From Macrostomum lignano (taxonomy: Eukaryota), in NCBI GenBank assembly GCA_002269645.1, contig NIVC01000343.1:109218-173217 (forward strand): DNA of 64,000 nt, in the 5' to 3' direction. Below the pieces are notes generated by a model. It saw nothing but the letters and a program-made list of their open reading frames with translations, was not told where the DNA came from and searched no databases. The translations under genes and the position numbers were made by a program. Each line of letters begins with the position of its first letter. The stretch's first letter is position 1. Shown here in pieces: positions 59,988 to 64,000 of this stretch.

Positions 59988-62404
59988 AAGCATTTAACTT
60001 GTCATGCTTGTCATTTCTTAGTAAAACAAAACTTTTTCGTATGAAACGACTTTCGGGATTATCAAATTGCTTTTCTTTGTCTTTATTTTTAACAAGCCCA
60101 TTTAGCGCAGCCACAAATGCATCTATTTGCTCTTGAGAATTAGATTCCTTCTCTTGTTTGAAGGCAAGATAATTCTGGTCTGGTTTACGAGACTTCTTCA
60201 CCTTTGTATTTTCAGCCGCAGGCTCTACATCCTGTCAGCCGAGCAGCAGTAATACACACTTGGAACACTTTATATCAAAACTAAGTTTAAAAAGCCTAAG
60301 CTAGCAATGACCTCGATTGTGCGATGTAATACTATTATATCTATATATTAATTTAACACTCTCTCTTAAGCGTTGGATCCCTTAAAAGTATTAAATTTTC
60401 GTGCAATCCCTACAGGTAGGAATATATAAGTGAAATTCTAAGTAATTACTTTAAATTTATGTGCCGAATCATATGTTCTACGTATGTGAAAACTTGAGCA
60501 CGTCTGATGATGTTGGGAAAGGCCCTGTACTTCGTATTTGTGACAATGAGAGATTGTCGACGTGCCAAAAATCTGAAAGCTTATTATCTCGCTAATCGCC
60601 AGCCAGCAGCCGGATGCCAAGCAGTGCATGGCGCCTTCCTACATACCAGGCAGCAGTGTGCCGACGTATATGTATCTGAGCTTCTCACTCAGTGGAGTTG
60701 TTGGTCCGACAATGAACGGGCCTTGGTCATTGAGCAACCGCGCTCGACAAGGACGACTAAAGTAACAAACGTCTACTTAAGTAGTCCTTCCCGCTCTGTT
60801 GATTAAATCCGCAAAGAAGAACAGCGGCAGTCGGAGGGCTTTGCCAAAGCCATGCAGAGTGCAGCTGCATTTTTCTGTCAGGACCAATCACGATGTCGCT
60901 TCTACAACTGCAAATCGAAATCCTGGGTCTGCTAACACTTGCGATGTGGACCCGGTGTGCATGTCCACCTTATATAGAGGTCTCGGTAAGCCAGGCCTGA
61001 CCGGAAGGGTGGCGATTGTTAATAGGAGCGACGCATTGCGTTGGTCGCTCGTGAACAATCGATCGTCCCGCCAGGAGCAGCGGCCTGCCGAAGGCAAAAA
61101 AAGGGGTCATCAAACAGTTGCTTGATGCATTCGTCGCAGAGGGCGGCTCACGATTTCGTACAGCGGACAACGTTGCTGTTGCTATTACTGGCGTAGAGGT
61201 GCGGTACTGCACATTCGGCGATGCATTCGTGCTCGAGGATCTGTTGTAGGTTGCCCCCCCCCCTCATCTAAACTGCGACAAACCCGGCCCCTGTGTCGGC
61301 GCCACGCCACTGCTAATAATAATACTAATAATTATGACTATGACGCTCGATTATGACAATCAATTATGACGTAGGAACGCTCTAGGGAGTTGGCAGCCGG
61401 CGAGCGAGCTATAAAATGCTATAATTGATTGTTGCTATAACAATTTGTAACGCCACGCGTATGTGTAGTTGCTATTAATATGCATATGCTATTCATATTT
61501 AAAAATTTGAACGCCATCATTTTTTGTAAGCGACATGTTTCGCCTCGCGTCAGGTATCGACCGTATCGTCCCACTCTTAAAAAATCTTCAGCCCAAGATT
61601 TAAGTGGCGGTCCAAAATCTAGATTTTAAGCTTAGGAGATTAGAGAAGACCACTGACTAATATTGACCCGCTTTCATCCAAATAGTTGAATAAAAATAAA
61701 TGAACAAATAATCGTTTGTATTTTTTCAGAGCCTCTCGATGCCTCTTGCCAAAATAAACTACAGCACCTTGTGCTTCAGCATATGCTTCAGAACTTCAGT
61801 TCATATATGCGCACTGCTTGTTCTTGACTTTGATGAGGACGCACTTTTTTCCAAACTTTACGCTCGCGCATGGGCTCCAAACTTACTAGCCTACTAACAA
61901 CAGGCTATGGGCATTTTTTCTTCTCTTTATGTAATTTTCCTAGAATTCAGTTATATGATTTTGCCATACTTGTAGTTTATAATAACATAGGTGCGGCTTT
62001 TGGGTCATAAATCATTGCTTTCGAGCTGGCCTGACAGCCACCTGCGCCTCACTCAATGCTGAGACTGGCGCCAGATGGTCCGAGAGGATGCGGGCGGTAG
62101 CTTTTTTTCTCATCATTTTGACAGGCCATCAAGATTTATGAGGTCAGGGCCTATTGTTCGTGTTCACTCAAGCGTGTGACAGCTTTGACAGTTATGCGTT
62201 TTACCCCTAAAAGTACGTTGGGATTAGCGATTAGCGATTTCTCTTCATTATCTTCAGTTTCTATTTAATAAGAGCTTTCTAATGTATATTTTTTTCATTA
62301 ATTTTTGTCATTCCTACGCGAAAGGTCTTAAATCATTATGATTTTGAGTGATTTATGACCGCACCTGCCGTATTTTTATGGCCCCGAGGGAACTGATAGG
62401 ATCT

Positions 62405-62545
62405 TCTGGTCACGTGATTTTGAGTGGCAACAAGCTCAGCCAATTAGAAAATTCGACGTGCGTTATAACAAATCGGCTCAGCCAATCAGCGTCGAGGTGT
62501 TACATTATAACAAATTGCGGTCCAGTTTGCGGCTATTTAAACTGG
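62405..62545 (+). promoter_or_regulatory. Promoter-like cluster: E-box, two CCAAT boxes, TATA-like element
   Basis: tcacgtga at 62410, ctcagccaat at 62435 and 62477, ctatttaaa at 62533; no transcript assigned. Confidence 0.3.
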
Positions 62546-63074
62546 TGTTTTTGGCCCGCTCGGACTCAACCTCCTGCTCCGCCTCCTGGGACTTTGGCTT
62601 AACTTAGAACTCCCCGAGCTCGACCGTCGTCTCTTGATCCCCGGATCGCGACTCCCCCATCATCATCAAGGACGAATCCCCCGGTCGTCAGCAGCGAACA
62701 TCAAGATTAAGAACATCAAAGTGCTAAGCCCCCTCTACTCGGAAGCCCGATTTCGAAAGTTCCGGTTTGGTGAGCCAGGACGCACGGGCTGTATGGTGGC
62801 AGCGGGTTAGTTAATCTGTGGATTAGCTGATCTATACCTTCAAAATTCTCCCTGCTTGTCTCTCGCTGTCCCTCTCTTAGCTATAGGACCTAGACTGCTC
62901 GCCACAAGATCAAGCTACCATGGGGCTGACCATGTGACAGGAGTGGGGGCCAGGACTCTAATTTATTTATTTCTGAGACCTGAGGCCCGAAGGCTTCCCG
63001 AAAGGTGCCGAAAAGGCCGAAACCCATCAACTTTTTGATTATTTTATACGATAACTCGACACACTGCATGGATA

Positions 63075-63138
63075 GGCAGGCAGGCAGGCAGGCAGGCAAG
63101 CAGGCAGGCAGGCAGGCAGGCAAGCAGCAGGCAGGCAG
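63075..63138. repeat. (GGCA)n microsatellite
   Basis: Direct inspection. Confidence 0.9.
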
Positions 63139-64000
63139 AGGCGTATACGGCGACTGCTACGTGCGTCTCGTCACCTTCGACTTCTCGGGACGATGATGGC
63201 GTCGCCTTCAAAGTGACGCGCAGCGTAACCAGCGACACCGGTCGGAATCCCACACCGTATGCGCTCAGGTACGATTGCAATGAAGAGAAAGTGCAGTGGG
63301 CGACAGGATATTACATGTATAAGGGTCATGGAAACCGAAAATGGTCAACTTCGTAGTGAACTCGGAGTCTGATGGAACTGGATGCATGGCGAGGCTGGAC
63401 AAGTCCGTGTAGCTAACACCGCTACACTGGAGACTGTCCAGGGTTACTGCAAGCACATTTTAACGTGCCAATAAGCCTCGATGAGTCGAAGAAGGCGAAG
63501 GCGAAGGATCGGGTGAAGGCGCGACGAATCGTTATGGGTCACGTCCAAGCTGCCGAAAATTAGAGAGAGGCCGACTTCCGGAAACTGTGAAGAGTTTGAT
63601 CGAGTGGTGATCAGTCACTCGAAAACTCCCACTTCCAGACACTTAAGCCTGGGAACAAAGTCAATGATCACTTACTGTTGCGGGCTCCTCTTCTTTGTAG
63701 CGCGCGTCTGTAGAGCTCGTCTCCTTGAAGCTTCTTTCTTCTGAGTAGTCTTCTTGATTTCTAAAATCGGCCGAAAGTGAGAGCGTAACAATTAAATCGA
63801 CGTCGCAGTATTCCTCGAGTGCAGAAATCAATATCAACGATGCGCCCTAATAACAAAATCAACTTCTATAATAATACGAGGTCCTCCAAAAAGGGCGTCT
63901 TCTTCTAGAACTAACGGAATCGGAGTCGTGTGCTCCTATCGGTTAATCTAGGAAAAAATAAAATCAATAACTCGATAATCCTCTAAGTGTATCGGAATCG

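Overview
This is eukaryotic (metazoan) genomic DNA. The GC-rich, Ala/Gln-rich exons, minisatellite-filled introns and anion-type nAChR suggest a Macrostomum-like flatworm (inference). Five spliced genes were reconstructed by hand with phase-consistent splice sites: the 3' end of a Vav-like SH2-SH3 gene (+), then a same-strand (-) run of PCGF3/5-like, CLC-3/4/5-like, CABIN1 and an alpha-type nicotinic receptor carrying the anion-selective Pro-Ala motif. Most long introns hold their own minisatellite array, which accounts for most of the long ORFs in the supplied track. There are two tRNA-derived SINE families. The 49-60 kb region is a DNA-transposon graveyard: P/THAP, piggyBac-like, Mutator and several MITEs with target-site duplications (TSDs). 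Most interesting: (1) CABIN1 lacks its start ATG in the first large exon, and the conserved M-x-RIAALN N-terminus is restored exactly if an AUG-ending spliced leader is trans-spliced to the acceptor at 28360, consistent with a PCGF3-CLC-CABIN1 operon; (2) a roughly 7 kb domain depleted of CpG and rich in TpA, with a RIP-like stop-codon spectrum; (3) a candidate acetylcholine-gated chloride channel.
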